A stretch of 64,000 nt of DNA from Treponemataceae bacterium. Its GTDB lineage: Bacteria; Spirochaetota; Spirochaetia; Treponematales; Rectinemataceae. The position numbers were made by a program, and so were the translations under genes. The DNA lies in assembly GCA_963667725.2 (NCBI GenBank), contig CAXXHO010000005.1, positions 896,001-960,000 on the forward strand, in the 5' to 3' direction. The notes under the pieces were generated by a model. That model had not been told where the DNA came from, did not search any database, and saw only the letters and a list, made by a program, of their open reading frames with translations. Below, in pieces: positions 19,233 through 29,012 of this stretch. Positions within the stretch are counted from its first letter, which is position 1. Each line of letters starts with the position of its first letter.

Positions 19233-20284
19233 GTACTCCTATGATCGAGCTGCGCGGAATTCATAAAAGTTACGGTGCCGAGAAGGTCCTCGAAAACCTC
19301 GACCTCCGTATGGAAAAGGGAGGCTTCACCGTCCTCCTCGGCCCTTCGGGCTGCGGCAAATCCACCATTCTCAGGCTGATCGCAGGGCTCGAGACGGCTT
19401 CGGCAGGGGAAGTCCTCATCGATGGCGCCAGCATGCGCGAGGTCCAGCCTGGAGACCGGGGCATCGCCATGGTTTTTCAGAACTACGCCCTCTACCCGAC
19501 GATGACAGTGAGGGAAAACATCGAGTACGGCCTCAAAAATGGCGGCATAGCGAAAAAGGAGAGGGACAGGCGTATCGCCGAGATCGCGGAGCTTGTCGGC
19601 CTCGGCGATTATTTGAAGAAAAAGCCGCAATTCCTGTCAGGCGGGCAGCGCCAGCGCGTCGCCCTAGCGCGCGCCATGGTCAAGCAGCCACGTATTTTCC
19701 TGATGGACGAGCCTCTCTCGAACCTCGACGCGAAGCTCCGCGGCCAGCTGAGGAAGGACCTGATCGAGCTCTACCGGAGGCTTGGAAGCACCTTCGTGTA
19801 CGTGACGCACGACCAGGTGGAGGCGATGTCCCTGGGGACGAAGGTGATCCTGCTCGAAAAAGGCAAGATCCGCCAGGAAGCAACCCCGGAGGAACTATAC
19901 GCCAGACCCGCGAATGTCTTCAGCGCGAGATTCATAGGGACGCCCCCGATGAACATCATCGAGGCGGATCCGGCGACCGCCGCGCGTTTCCCCGGGGCCC
20001 GCCACCTCGGCTTCAGGCCCGAAAAAGCCAGGATCACCGTTGATCGGTCCGCGGTGCCTTCGGGGGATTTGATTTTCCCCGGCGAACTTGTCACTCATGA
20101 GATGCTGGGATCCGAGGTGCTCTATCAGGTCAACGGGCCCGGGTGGAAGGTCCAGGTGAAGCTGTACGAGAATCGAAGGATCCCCTTCGGGCCGGTGTTC
20201 ATCCATGTGGACAGGAAGGATATCTTTTCCTTCGATGGAGATGGAAACAGCATGGAAAGCCCGGCTCCGGGAGGGAACCGATGA
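19229..20284 (+). CDS. CUT1 ABC ATPase (UgpC-like)
   Basis: GPSGCGKS, VFQNYALYP, LSGGQRQR, DEPLSNLD. Confidence 0.93.
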   Translation: MSTPMIELRGIHKSYGAEKVLENLDLRMEKGGFTVLLGPSGCGKSTILRLIAGLETASAGEVLIDGASMREVQPGDRGIAMVFQNYALYPTMTVRENIEYGLKNGGIAKKERDRRIAEIAELVGLGDYLKKKPQFLSGGQRQRVALARAMVKQPRIFLMDEPLSNLDAKLRGQLRKDLIELYRRLGSTFVYVTHDQVEAMSLGTKVILLEKGKIRQEATPEELYARPANVFSARFIGTPPMNIIEADPATAARFPGARHLGFRPEKARITVDRSAVPSGDLIFPGELVTHEMLGSEVLYQVNGPGWKVQVKLYENRRIPFGPVFIHVDRKDIFSFDGDGNSMESPAPGGNR

Positions 20285-21147
20285 AAGCCCTCAAGGCCAG
20301 ACCCTACCTGATGATCGCCCCCGCCATGACCATTTTCGCGGTCTTCGCCCTCTACCCCATCATCTACATGCTTTATCTCAGCTTCTTCAAATGGAATATG
20401 CTTGGTCCGAAGATCTTCATAGGGCTCAAAAACTACGCGAATCTTCTCTCTAGTAAGGAATTCGGCAAGGTTTTCTCCAACTCCCTCTACTACATGGCGC
20501 TGAGCGTCCTCCTCTCGATCGTCATTTCCCTTGCGGTCGCTCTCTTTCTTAAAAAGAAGACGGCGCTCAACGGCTTCCTCCGGGCTTCGATTTTCGCCCC
20601 CTACATTATCTCCCTGGTGTCGGTCTCCCTCATCTGGCTTTGGTTCATGGATCTCGACTATGGACTGCTGAACTTCATCCTCGGGCTGTTTGGGGTCAAA
20701 CCGGTCGATTGGCTCTCCGACAGCCACATGGCTCTCACGTCCCTGGTTATCGTGTCGGTGTGGAAAGGTCTCGGGTTCAACACGCTGATCCTGGCCTCGG
20801 CCCTCCAGGCTATTCCGGAGTACCTCTATGAAGCCGCCGAGCTCGACAAGGCCAAACCTTTTTCGGTATTTCGCTCGATCACCTTGCCGATGATCTCCCC
20901 TACGCTTTTCTTCCTCGCTCTCACGAACATGATCGCCTCCCTCAAGGCTTTCGAGACCGTGGCCCTGATGACTCAGGGGGGGCCGTCCAACTCGACGAAC
21001 ACCTTTGTCTACTACATTTACCAGAATGGTTTCCAGTTCTTCAAGATTGGGTACGCCTCGGCCGCGGGGGTCGTCATGATGCTGTTCATCGGGGCGTTCA
21101 CCATCGCGTATTTCATGGTTCTGGACCGCAGGGTCCATTACCGATAG
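20281..21147 (+). CDS. CUT1 ABC permease (UgpA-like)
   Basis: LYEAAELD, TQGGP, GYASA. Confidence 0.9.
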   Translation: MKALKARPYLMIAPAMTIFAVFALYPIIYMLYLSFFKWNMLGPKIFIGLKNYANLLSSKEFGKVFSNSLYYMALSVLLSIVISLAVALFLKKKTALNGFLRASIFAPYIISLVSVSLIWLWFMDLDYGLLNFILGLFGVKPVDWLSDSHMALTSLVIVSVWKGLGFNTLILASALQAIPEYLYEAAELDKAKPFSVFRSITLPMISPTLFFLALTNMIASLKAFETVALMTQGGPSNSTNTFVYYIYQNGFQFFKIGYASAAGVVMMLFIGAFTIAYFMVLDRRVHYR

Positions 21148-21157
21148 GAGGGCGGCG

Positions 21158-21994
21158 ATGATACGAGCGCGACGTGCGATCCCCCTAACGGGACGACTCC
21201 TCGTTTCCCTCCTGATTTTCCTCGTATACTTCGTCCCCTTCTACTGGATGGCGCTGACGGCGATCAAGTCGAAGGGGGAGATGCTCCAGTTCCCGCCGAC
21301 TTTCTGGACGGCCCATCCCAGCTGGGACAACTTCGCGGCGGCATTCGGCGCCTTTCCCTTCTGGAAATACCTCTGGAACAGCATTCTCGTCTCAGGATCC
21401 ATCATCCTCTGTCAAATCTTCACGGTCGTGCCGGCGGCCTACGCCTTTGCCCGATACAGATTCAAGGGCAGCGGCATCTTCTTCGGACTCACCCTGGCCT
21501 CGGTGATGATTCCGCCGCAGCTGGTCTTTCTGCCCGTGTTTCTGCTGATGAACCGCTTCGGCCTCATCAACCACTACGCGTCCCTCATCTTACCGCAGGC
21601 GGCAAGCGCTTTCGGGATCTTTATGCTCAGGCAGACGTTCCGGCAGGTGCCGGAGGAAGTCCTCGAAGCGGCTCGCATGGACAAGGCTTCGGAACTCTCC
21701 ATCATCACGCGTATCATGATCCCGATAGCGATGCCCACGATTTCGGCCCTTGGCCTCATTACCTTCATCGGTACTTGGAACGATTATTTCTGGCCTCTGG
21801 TGCTCACCACAAGCGATGCTGTTCGTACGCTTCCCGTGGGTGTCGCCTCACTGAAGTTGCTGGATAGCGGAATATCCATACCCTACAACGTCGTGATGGC
21901 GGGCAACCTTATCTTGATCATCCCCGTTTTGCTCATCTACCTCATCGCTCAACAAAGAATAACGAAAGCATTCACCTATATGGGTGAAAAATAG
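21158..21994 (+). CDS. CUT1 ABC permease (UgpE-like)
   Basis: LEAARMD, WNDYFWP. Confidence 0.9.
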   Translation: MIRARRAIPLTGRLLVSLLIFLVYFVPFYWMALTAIKSKGEMLQFPPTFWTAHPSWDNFAAAFGAFPFWKYLWNSILVSGSIILCQIFTVVPAAYAFARYRFKGSGIFFGLTLASVMIPPQLVFLPVFLLMNRFGLINHYASLILPQAASAFGIFMLRQTFRQVPEEVLEAARMDKASELSIITRIMIPIAMPTISALGLITFIGTWNDYFWPLVLTTSDAVRTLPVGVASLKLLDSGISIPYNVVMAGNLILIIPVLLIYLIAQQRITKAFTYMGEK

Positions 21995-22018
21995 ATTGCT
22001 CTACTAAAGGAGTCGGAT

Positions 22019-23299
22019 ATGGCAAGGAGTCTTGAGATTCGCGGCGCCAGGGTTTTCTTGGCCGCTATCGTCCTGGCGCTATTGGGGGCTCAGGCCCCGG
22101 CGGCGCAGGCCAAGCCCATCGAGCTCAATTACTGGTACGCATATTCTGGCGTGGTTCAGGAAACCAACGAGACTCTGATCAAGAATTTCAACGAGACCGT
22201 GGGAAAGCAGAAGGGTATCCATGTTACCGGAGCCACGCAGGGGACCTATTCTGACGTACAGCAGAAGGTTCAGGCGGCCACAATAGCCGGGAATCCGCCC
22301 AATGTCTTCGTGCTGGAGATGGGCGTGACCGGGATGCTGGGCATGAACGACATCACGGAACAGCTGGACAGCCGGGTCGCCGCCGACAAGTTCGATCTTT
22401 CCGATTTCCAGCAGGCCCTGGTGAAGAGCTGCAAGTACGATGGCAAGCTGTACGGCCTGCCTTTCATGCCCTCCAACCTTATCCTGTACATGAATACGAC
22501 ACTTCTCAAGCAAGCGGGCCTCGATCCGGCCGGGCCCAAGACCTGGGACGATTTCGCCCGCTATTGCAAGACCATCAAGGAAAAGACCGGCCTTTACGGC
22601 CTGACCCTGGCCAGCAACATCTGGTTCCTTGAGGGAATCCTTCTCGAGTCGGGGACTTCCGTCCTGAGCGACGATGAAAAGTCCACGAACATCAACACCA
22701 AAATGGCCTACGACGCCGTCAAGTTCTTCAGGGATCTCAAGGACGCCGGTTATATCAGGATCATGGCCAGCGCCGATTCCGCAAAGCTGATGTCGGACGT
22801 CACGAACCAGAAGGCGGCCATGTGGTTCTACACGACGGCGGGGATTACGACCTTCATGGGTATGGGAAAGAACGCGGGATTCTCGGTGAACACCGCCTTC
22901 ATGCCGAAGCAGGTGAGTTACGGAACCTCGGCGGGAGGCTCCAATATCGTAATTTCCAGCAAGGGAACCAAGCAGGAAAAAGACGCGGCCTGGGAATTCC
23001 TCAAGTGGGTGACGGCGACCGAGCAGACGGTCTTCGTCAGCTCCAAGACGGGGTATATGCCGAGCCGTAAGACAGCGATCGAGTCTCCAACGATGAAGGC
23101 TCTGTACACCGCGTTGCCGCAGTTCAAGGTGGCGATCGACCAGATGGCCTACGCCGACGGGCGCCCGATGAACCCCGCCTATACGGAAGCGTCCTTCGTC
23201 ATCACCTCGGCTCTCGACGCGGTATGGGTCAACGGCCAGAACATCGAAAAGGAGTTCGCCGAGGCTCAGAAAGCCGTCGACAAGCTGCTGCGCGAATAG
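22019..23299 (+). CDS. ABC substrate-binding protein (UgpB-like)
   Basis: Signal peptide, DGKLYGLPF, AAWEFLKW, TGYMP. Confidence 0.88.
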   Translation: MARSLEIRGARVFLAAIVLALLGAQAPAAQAKPIELNYWYAYSGVVQETNETLIKNFNETVGKQKGIHVTGATQGTYSDVQQKVQAATIAGNPPNVFVLEMGVTGMLGMNDITEQLDSRVAADKFDLSDFQQALVKSCKYDGKLYGLPFMPSNLILYMNTTLLKQAGLDPAGPKTWDDFARYCKTIKEKTGLYGLTLASNIWFLEGILLESGTSVLSDDEKSTNINTKMAYDAVKFFRDLKDAGYIRIMASADSAKLMSDVTNQKAAMWFYTTAGITTFMGMGKNAGFSVNTAFMPKQVSYGTSAGGSNIVISSKGTKQEKDAAWEFLKWVTATEQTVFVSSKTGYMPSRKTAIESPTMKALYTALPQFKVAIDQMAYADGRPMNPAYTEASFVITSALDAVWVNGQNIEKEFAEAQKAVDKLLRE

Positions 23300-23372
23300 A
23301 TGGAAGGCAGCGCCTCGGATCGGCCGCGGGCGCTGCTGGCCTTAAGTCAGTCATCGCTTCGGGAGAGCCTCT

Positions 23373-24383
23373 ATGAACGCACGGAGATCCATCCTCATCG
23401 ATACGGATATAGCCTTCGGATCGCCGAAAGCCGACGCCGACGATGTTCTTGCCCTCATCCTCGCCATGTCCATCCCGGGACTGGAAATCGCGGCCATCTC
23501 GCCGGTAGGAGGGAATGTTTCGCCGGATAGGGCGAGCCGCAATCTGCACGGATTTCTGTCGCGGATCGGAATGTCTTCCATCCCCCATGCCTGGAGTTCG
23601 GCGATGCCTCTCGATCCGCGGTCGAGGGTAAAAGCCGAAGTGTGGGACAGGGCGGCCGAGGATATGATCGTAAGGCCTGAGGACGCGCCGAAGATCGATT
23701 CCGTCGACCTCATCCTGAAGACTCTCGCCGAGGCCACGGCGCCTCTGACGATAGTCGCCATAGGCCCTCTCACGAACCTCGGGATGGCCTTGGCGAAAGA
23801 GCCGGCTGTCGCCGCGAAAATCGGCGAGATCGTCATGATGGGCGGCTCCCGGGAGGTCAGGGGTCTGCACGGCTTGGCCGAGTTCAATATCTGGGTCGAC
23901 CCGGCGGCAGCCGCGATCGTATTCGGTTCAGGCTTGCCGATCAGGGTCTTCGGGCTCGATGTCACCAAAAAGCGCAAGGTGCTTCCTCAGGATCTCGCTC
24001 CCTGGGCTGTCTCCGATTCGCCTCTGGTCCGGGACATTCACGAGAGCGTCCTGGGCTTCATGCGGTACAAGGCAGAGCTGTTCGGCCAGGACTACCGCGT
24101 CGGGTATTTCCACGACGCTTTCCCCATCGCGTATTTTCACGATTCCGGCCTTTTCAGGTTCAACCCTTACGGGATAGAGGTCGGCCTCGACGACGATGAG
24201 GCCTATGGGGTGACGCGTATCGACTTCGGTCCCGCCGACGGCCCGCACCTATTCGCCGTCGATGTCGACGACGCCGCGCTGACGGAGTGGGTCATTCGAA
24301 CGATCGCGGAATCGCCGGCCTGCCTTGCAGGTCATGAAATACGCGTTCCGGGATCAAGGGATGCGGCTTCTCCCAATATATAA
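23373..24383 (+). CDS. Inosine-uridine preferring nucleoside hydrolase family
   Basis: DTD...DD, GGN, IGPLTNL, MGG, AEFNIWVDP, GLDVT, HD. Confidence 0.88.
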   Translation: MNARRSILIDTDIAFGSPKADADDVLALILAMSIPGLEIAAISPVGGNVSPDRASRNLHGFLSRIGMSSIPHAWSSAMPLDPRSRVKAEVWDRAAEDMIVRPEDAPKIDSVDLILKTLAEATAPLTIVAIGPLTNLGMALAKEPAVAAKIGEIVMMGGSREVRGLHGLAEFNIWVDPAAAAIVFGSGLPIRVFGLDVTKKRKVLPQDLAPWAVSDSPLVRDIHESVLGFMRYKAELFGQDYRVGYFHDAFPIAYFHDSGLFRFNPYGIEVGLDDDEAYGVTRIDFGPADGPHLFAVDVDDAALTEWVIRTIAESPACLAGHEIRVPGSRDAASPNI

Positions 24384-24533
24384 AGGTAACGGGCATCTAC
24401 CGGATCGTATTTAGCGCGTATTTTTTCCTCCGGCGGGATACCGGAGGAAGTAGGAGACAGGAACATTTAAATGTTTCATGGAGAGGCTTTAGTGCTAAAA
24501 AATAAAGAATCGTATTCTATTGACTGTCAGTAG

Positions 24534-24591
24534 GCAGAACACGTTGGCACCTTCGCAGGATGAACCTGCGGCAGGTTCAACTTGTTAGTGC
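24534..24591 (+). repeat. attC-like imperfect inverted repeat
   Basis: GCAGAAC...GTTAGTGC ends, internal arms GTTGGCACCT/AGGTTCAAC and TCGCAGG/CCTGCGG. Confidence 0.35.
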
Positions 24592-24794
24592 GAAAAGGGG
24601 TTCCCCCTTCACACATGAATGGCGGCAGGAAAATTAAGAATTCTCACCCTACCTCCAGAATGGCAACTATTCTTTGCAGTTCAAGAACCCCGTTATAGGC
24701 CTACCGAGAATTCAGCGCTTTACAAAGGCCAAGACTCTGAAGGATGTATAGGAGTTGTTGAGGGATGGATGAGTAAGGGCCAATTTAAAAAACT

Positions 24795-25676
24795 CTATTT
24801 TACGAGTGATTCGTAGCCGGATATTACGTCGAACAGCTCGGAATCGATGCCGCTCTGTCGCAATCGATGAAAGGAACGGTTGAGTTCTTCCATCAGCTCG
24901 TCGATGTTTTTTTCGGCGCGCCGCATCGCCGAAAGGCGGCTCGAATTTTCGCTTGCCAAGGATTCGGCGCATGCTCTAAACAGCGAGACGAAGAGGTATT
25001 CACGTATCAGCGCCCGTATAGTCAAAGTAGCGTTACCGATTATTTCGGGAAGGTTAGCGGTTGGCCAGGGCAATGCGGCTCGTTCGCTGAACCAGATTTC
25101 ATCCAGAGGCAAAAGACGTTGGCTGACTGGAGCGCAGGCAGTGCCGGATGTCGGACGATTGTAGAAGAGGTAGAACTCGTCGATTTCGCCGCGGTCGCGG
25201 CGGTTTTCGCAATCGTCGAGTATCCGGGCAATCAATGGGGTGATGGCTTTGACGGAATTCGGCACAGGAAACAGGGCGATCAGAGGCATGCCGGCATCAT
25301 CGAGCCGCGCTCGCGCCCTTTCGCCGACGACCCATGCGATTATTTTGCCCGGCATAGCGGCCAGCGTTTTAATCGCGAAATCGGCTATCTGGTCATTGAA
25401 TTGACCTACCATCCCTTGGTCGGAGCCAAAGACTATCGCGCTTATCGCTGCCGCCCTGCCTTGTGGCTTTGTGAGCGGGGTTGGCGGGAGGGCGTTTTTA
25501 CGCAAGCAGACGCTCAAACCCAACTCGATGGTACGTTGGTAATCGGCCAATGCCAATACCGATTTTTCATATTGTCCGATAGTGGATGCCGCAAGCGACT
25601 TCATCGTATGGACAACGGATTTCAGATCTCCAGCGCTGTCGATCTTCCGGCGAAGGCTTGCCGAAGTCTCACTCAT
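24795..25676 (-). CDS. atpG: N-ATPase gamma subunit
   Basis: [33 protein letters not shown]. Confidence 0.93.
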   Translation of the reverse strand: MSETSASLRRKIDSAGDLKSVVHTMKSLAASTIGQYEKSVLALADYQRTIELGLSVCLRKNALPPTPLTKPQGRAAAISAIVFGSDQGMVGQFNDQIADFAIKTLAAMPGKIIAWVVGERARARLDDAGMPLIALFPVPNSVKAITPLIARILDDCENRRDRGEIDEFYLFYNRPTSGTACAPVSQRLLPLDEIWFSERAALPWPTANLPEIIGNATLTIRALIREYLFVSLFRACAESLASENSSRLSAMRRAEKNIDELMEELNRSFHRLRQSGIDSELFDVISGYESLVK

Positions 25677-27225
25677 GATCTTCTTGACCTTCGCGTGCCT
25701 GTTGGGTTCCCGCAAGGGCTAGACGCGCAAGATCGAGTATCGCTTCGCGGTCTTCCTCGCTCAACAAGGCGGCGGTATCGAATCGCGCGATTATTTCCGC
25801 CGGAATCTTCGCCGCGGCTTCATGTACGGCATCCTCGGCGCCCTTTACCTTTTCGAAGGGTACAGGATCAAAGAGATTCGCGCCCAATGCCAAGAGGCTG
25901 GATATTTGCGCGGCCACCGAAACCGGGGCAAATTCGGGCTGTTTGAGAAAGGCGCGGATTCGCCGGCCATGCTCGATGATCCTGGCCGTATCCGCGTCTG
26001 GGTGAGCTCCGAAACGGGCAAAGGTTTCGAGTTCCTCGAATTGCGCATAGGCGAGTTTTAAATCTCCGACTGCCTCGCGATAGGCAGCCCTCTGAGCCTT
26101 GCCTCCCACGCGCGAGACTGATTTTCCCATGTCGACGGCGGGCAATATGCCCAATTCGAATAGTCTCGGTGAAAGGTATATCTGCCCGTCCGTAATGGAT
26201 ATCAGATTGGTCGGGATATACGCGGATATATTCTGGGCTTCAGTTTCTATTACGGGAAGGGCGGTGAGCGAACCGCCTCCGCGTTCTTCGCGGAGATGGG
26301 TAGCGCGTTCCAAGAGCCGTGAATGAATATAGAAGATGTCGCCCGGAAAGGCTTCGCGGCCGGGCGGACGGCGAAAGAGGAGGGAAAGTTCGCGATATGC
26401 GCGGGCATGCTGGGTCAAGTCGTCGTAGACTATCAGTACGTCCTCTCCGGCTTCCATAAAGTACTCTGCGATGCTGGTCGCGGCATAGGGAGCGATATAG
26501 GAAAGCCCAGGAGGGTCGTTGCCTTCTGCGACAACCACTACAGTGTAACCCAAGGCGCCATTTTCCCGCAGCACAGCCACGGCCTTCGCCACAGCCGAGG
26601 CGCGTTGGCCGATGGCGCAATAGACGCAGACGACACCCGTATCGCGCTGATTGAGGATGGTATCGATGGCGATGGCTGTCTTGCCCGTCTGGCGATCTCC
26701 CAGAATCAACTCGCGTTGCCCGCGCCCGATGGGGATCAGCGCATCGATGACCTTTATACCGGTCTGCAGGGGATCCACAACGGGGGCGCGGTCCATGATC
26801 GGCGGGGCGGGTCGCTCTATCGGCATCCGTACGGTGCTTGCCACAGGTCCCTTGCCGTCGAGAGGTCTGCCGAGAGGGTCTATGACGCGTCCGCGCAATC
26901 CGTCCCCAGCGGCGATGTCCATTACCCTACCCGTACGCGCTGCTTCATCGCCCACATGCAGTCGCCGGGATTCACCGAGCAGGATGACGCCGATTTCCTT
27001 CTCGTCCAGGTTGAACGCGACGCCGAATTCGCCACCGGGAAAAGAGATCAACTCTTCGAATCCCACGGAGGGAAGGCCTGATACCTTGACTACGCCAGAG
27101 GATACATCGGTGATTATGCCTATCTCCTGCGGCATCAAGAGCGGCGCATATTCCTTCCGCGCCTTTTCGATTCCCGCGAACGCGCGGTCGATACTTCGCT
27201 TCAAATCTACAACGTGGTCGCTCAT
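25669..27225 (-). CDS. atpA: N-ATPase alpha subunit
   Basis: [33 protein letters not shown]. Confidence 0.96.
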   Translation of the reverse strand: MSDHVVDLKRSIDRAFAGIEKARKEYAPLLMPQEIGIITDVSSGVVKVSGLPSVGFEELISFPGGEFGVAFNLDEKEIGVILLGESRRLHVGDEAARTGRVMDIAAGDGLRGRVIDPLGRPLDGKGPVASTVRMPIERPAPPIMDRAPVVDPLQTGIKVIDALIPIGRGQRELILGDRQTGKTAIAIDTILNQRDTGVVCVYCAIGQRASAVAKAVAVLRENGALGYTVVVVAEGNDPPGLSYIAPYAATSIAEYFMEAGEDVLIVYDDLTQHARAYRELSLLFRRPPGREAFPGDIFYIHSRLLERATHLREERGGGSLTALPVIETEAQNISAYIPTNLISITDGQIYLSPRLFELGILPAVDMGKSVSRVGGKAQRAAYREAVGDLKLAYAQFEELETFARFGAHPDADTARIIEHGRRIRAFLKQPEFAPVSVAAQISSLLALGANLFDPVPFEKVKGAEDAVHEAAAKIPAEIIARFDTAALLSEEDREAILDLARLALAGTQQAREGQEDHE

Positions 27226-28010
27226 GGACGCTCATCCCTGGATTCGGCATTTGCTTCTTCCCCGACGTCACCGTCGACGATTTTTCCCATGGCTTTCAGG
27301 TAATTCGCAATGTTCCAGGCTACTTTTTGTCCGTTGGATGCCAATTCAATCCCGCCGATCAGTTCCGCCTCGACCAGGAACCTTAGCTTGATTTCCTCCT
27401 GGAAAGTCTCGTTGAGCGCCTTTTGTATTTCCTTTCGCTGTTTTGCCGTCAGTTCGAACGCGCTTCGGACTAGCGCTGGTTCAGATGCCGAGGCAATGGC
27501 TTTGGCGAATTTTTCCTTCGCCGGACCTTCCAGCGCGCGCACGCGGCGAATAAATACCGCGCACAGGCTGGCTTCCAGGCTGGTTGTGGAAAGATCGGCC
27601 AGGACTTGGCGCGAGATCGCAAATACCTCCTGTTGAGCCCGGCTTGTTATTTCGCGGTTCAAGCGCTTTGCGTCGGTCTTCAGGGCTGCCATATGTTTTG
27701 CATTCATGTCATCGGCGGATTTCTTGGCTTCCTCGATGAGACGCGCCCTTTCGGCGTCCGCCTCCAATTTAGCCTTCTTCAACAGCGCTGATCGCGCTTT
27801 ATCGAACTCATCGTTTTTATGCTGGAATTCATTGCGCTCTTTTTCCGCTTCGGCAATTTTCCCCCCGGCCTCCGCGATTTCGTCCGCGATTCGCTTTTCG
27901 CGTGTCGCGATGGCGGTAAGAATCGGTTTATAGAGGAAGCGTTTCAGCAGCAGCACCAGGACGACGAAATTGAGTATCTGGGCGACGATGGTGAACCAGT
28001 CGATGCTCAT
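27222..28010 (-). CDS. atpF: N-ATPase b subunit, long form with delta-like C-terminus
   Basis: [18 protein letters not shown], coiled coil, C-terminal ELIGGIEL. Confidence 0.92.
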   Translation of the reverse strand: MSIDWFTIVAQILNFVVLVLLLKRFLYKPILTAIATREKRIADEIAEAGGKIAEAEKERNEFQHKNDEFDKARSALLKKAKLEADAERARLIEEAKKSADDMNAKHMAALKTDAKRLNREITSRAQQEVFAISRQVLADLSTTSLEASLCAVFIRRVRALEGPAKEKFAKAIASASEPALVRSAFELTAKQRKEIQKALNETFQEEIKLRFLVEAELIGGIELASNGQKVAWNIANYLKAMGKIVDGDVGEEANAESRDERP

Positions 28011-28013
28011 GGG

Positions 28014-28295
28014 TCATTTTCCCGCGGCTTGAGCGATGGCAGAGTTCCAGAAGGGATTGGCGAAGATGAGGATCATGGCGACCACAAAACAATAAATGGC
28101 CGTGGACTCGATCATCGCCAAGCCGACGAACAGAGTCCTGGTTATGGTGGAGGACGCGTCCGGCTGTTGCGCCAAAGAAGTCAACGCGGTTGAAACAGCC
28201 TTCCCTTCTCCGAAAGCGGGAGCCATCGTGCCGATTGTGATGGCGAAGCCGGCGGTGATGATGGATACGATAGCGATAATAGTCATGCTGTCCAT
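28014..28295 (-). CDS. atpE: N-ATPase c subunit
   Basis: GEG, AQQPD, ESTAIY. Confidence 0.95.
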   Translation of the reverse strand: MDSMTIIAIVSIITAGFAITIGTMAPAFGEGKAVSTALTSLAQQPDASSTITRTLFVGLAMIESTAIYCFVVAMILIFANPFWNSAIAQAAGK

Positions 28296-28990
28296 GATTT
28301 CTCCTTTTCGACGGGTACCGTTCTTTTTGCATGGGTGGTGGCGGCGGCGATATACACCGCGGCCAGGATGCTGAAAATGTAAGCCTGCACCATCCCGGTC
28401 AGCAGGCCGAGCGCTGTCATGATGATGGGGAAAATAAAAGGCGTGATACTCACCAGAATACCGACGATCATGGAACCGCTCATCATATTGCCGAAGAGAC
28501 GAATGGCGAGGGCCAAGGTGCGGGAGATTTCGCTTATAATGTTGAACGGGAGCATGATGAATGTCGGCTTGACATACAATTTAAGGTAAGCGCCGAGCCC
28601 TTTCTCCCCGATGCCGAAAATGGGCACTGCCGCGAAAACGCATAGGGAAAGCGCCGCGGTGGTAGAAAGCGAGCCCGTTGGCGGTTCATAGCCGGGAACT
28701 ATCGTAAAGAAGCTTGCCGCGGCGATAAAGATAAAAAGCGTACCCAGAAAGCCAAGGTATTTTTCAGGCGTGCCGAGGCCAATTTCCTCTATCTGTTTTT
28801 CTATGGCCGTAACGATGATTTCGAGCATGTTCTGCCATCTGGAGCGAGAGTGTGTCACAGATAATTTCCGAGTGATCAATATCGAACCGACAACCAGGAC
28901 AACCATGATCGCCCACGTGAATAGGATGGTGGCATTGAGTTTCACGAATCCAAACTGCCAATAAATAATCTCGTCAGGGCTAAGTCGCAT
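28283..28990 (-). CDS. atpB: N-ATPase a subunit
   Basis: PPTGSLST, LAIRLFGN (essential Arg), QAYIF. Confidence 0.95.
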   Translation of the reverse strand: MRLSPDEIIYWQFGFVKLNATILFTWAIMVVLVVGSILITRKLSVTHSRSRWQNMLEIIVTAIEKQIEEIGLGTPEKYLGFLGTLFIFIAAASFFTIVPGYEPPTGSLSTTAALSLCVFAAVPIFGIGEKGLGAYLKLYVKPTFIMLPFNIISEISRTLALAIRLFGNMMSGSMIVGILVSITPFIFPIIMTALGLLTGMVQAYIFSILAAVYIAAATTHAKRTVPVEKEKSWTA

Positions 28991-29012
28991 GGAAAGCCTC
29001 TTTCAGCATCCG

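Noticed and set aside
24425..24449. Hairpin TTCCTCCGG/CCGGAGGAA as terminator of the uptake operon
   Set aside because: The T-run precedes rather than follows the stem, so it fits neither strand as an intrinsic terminator
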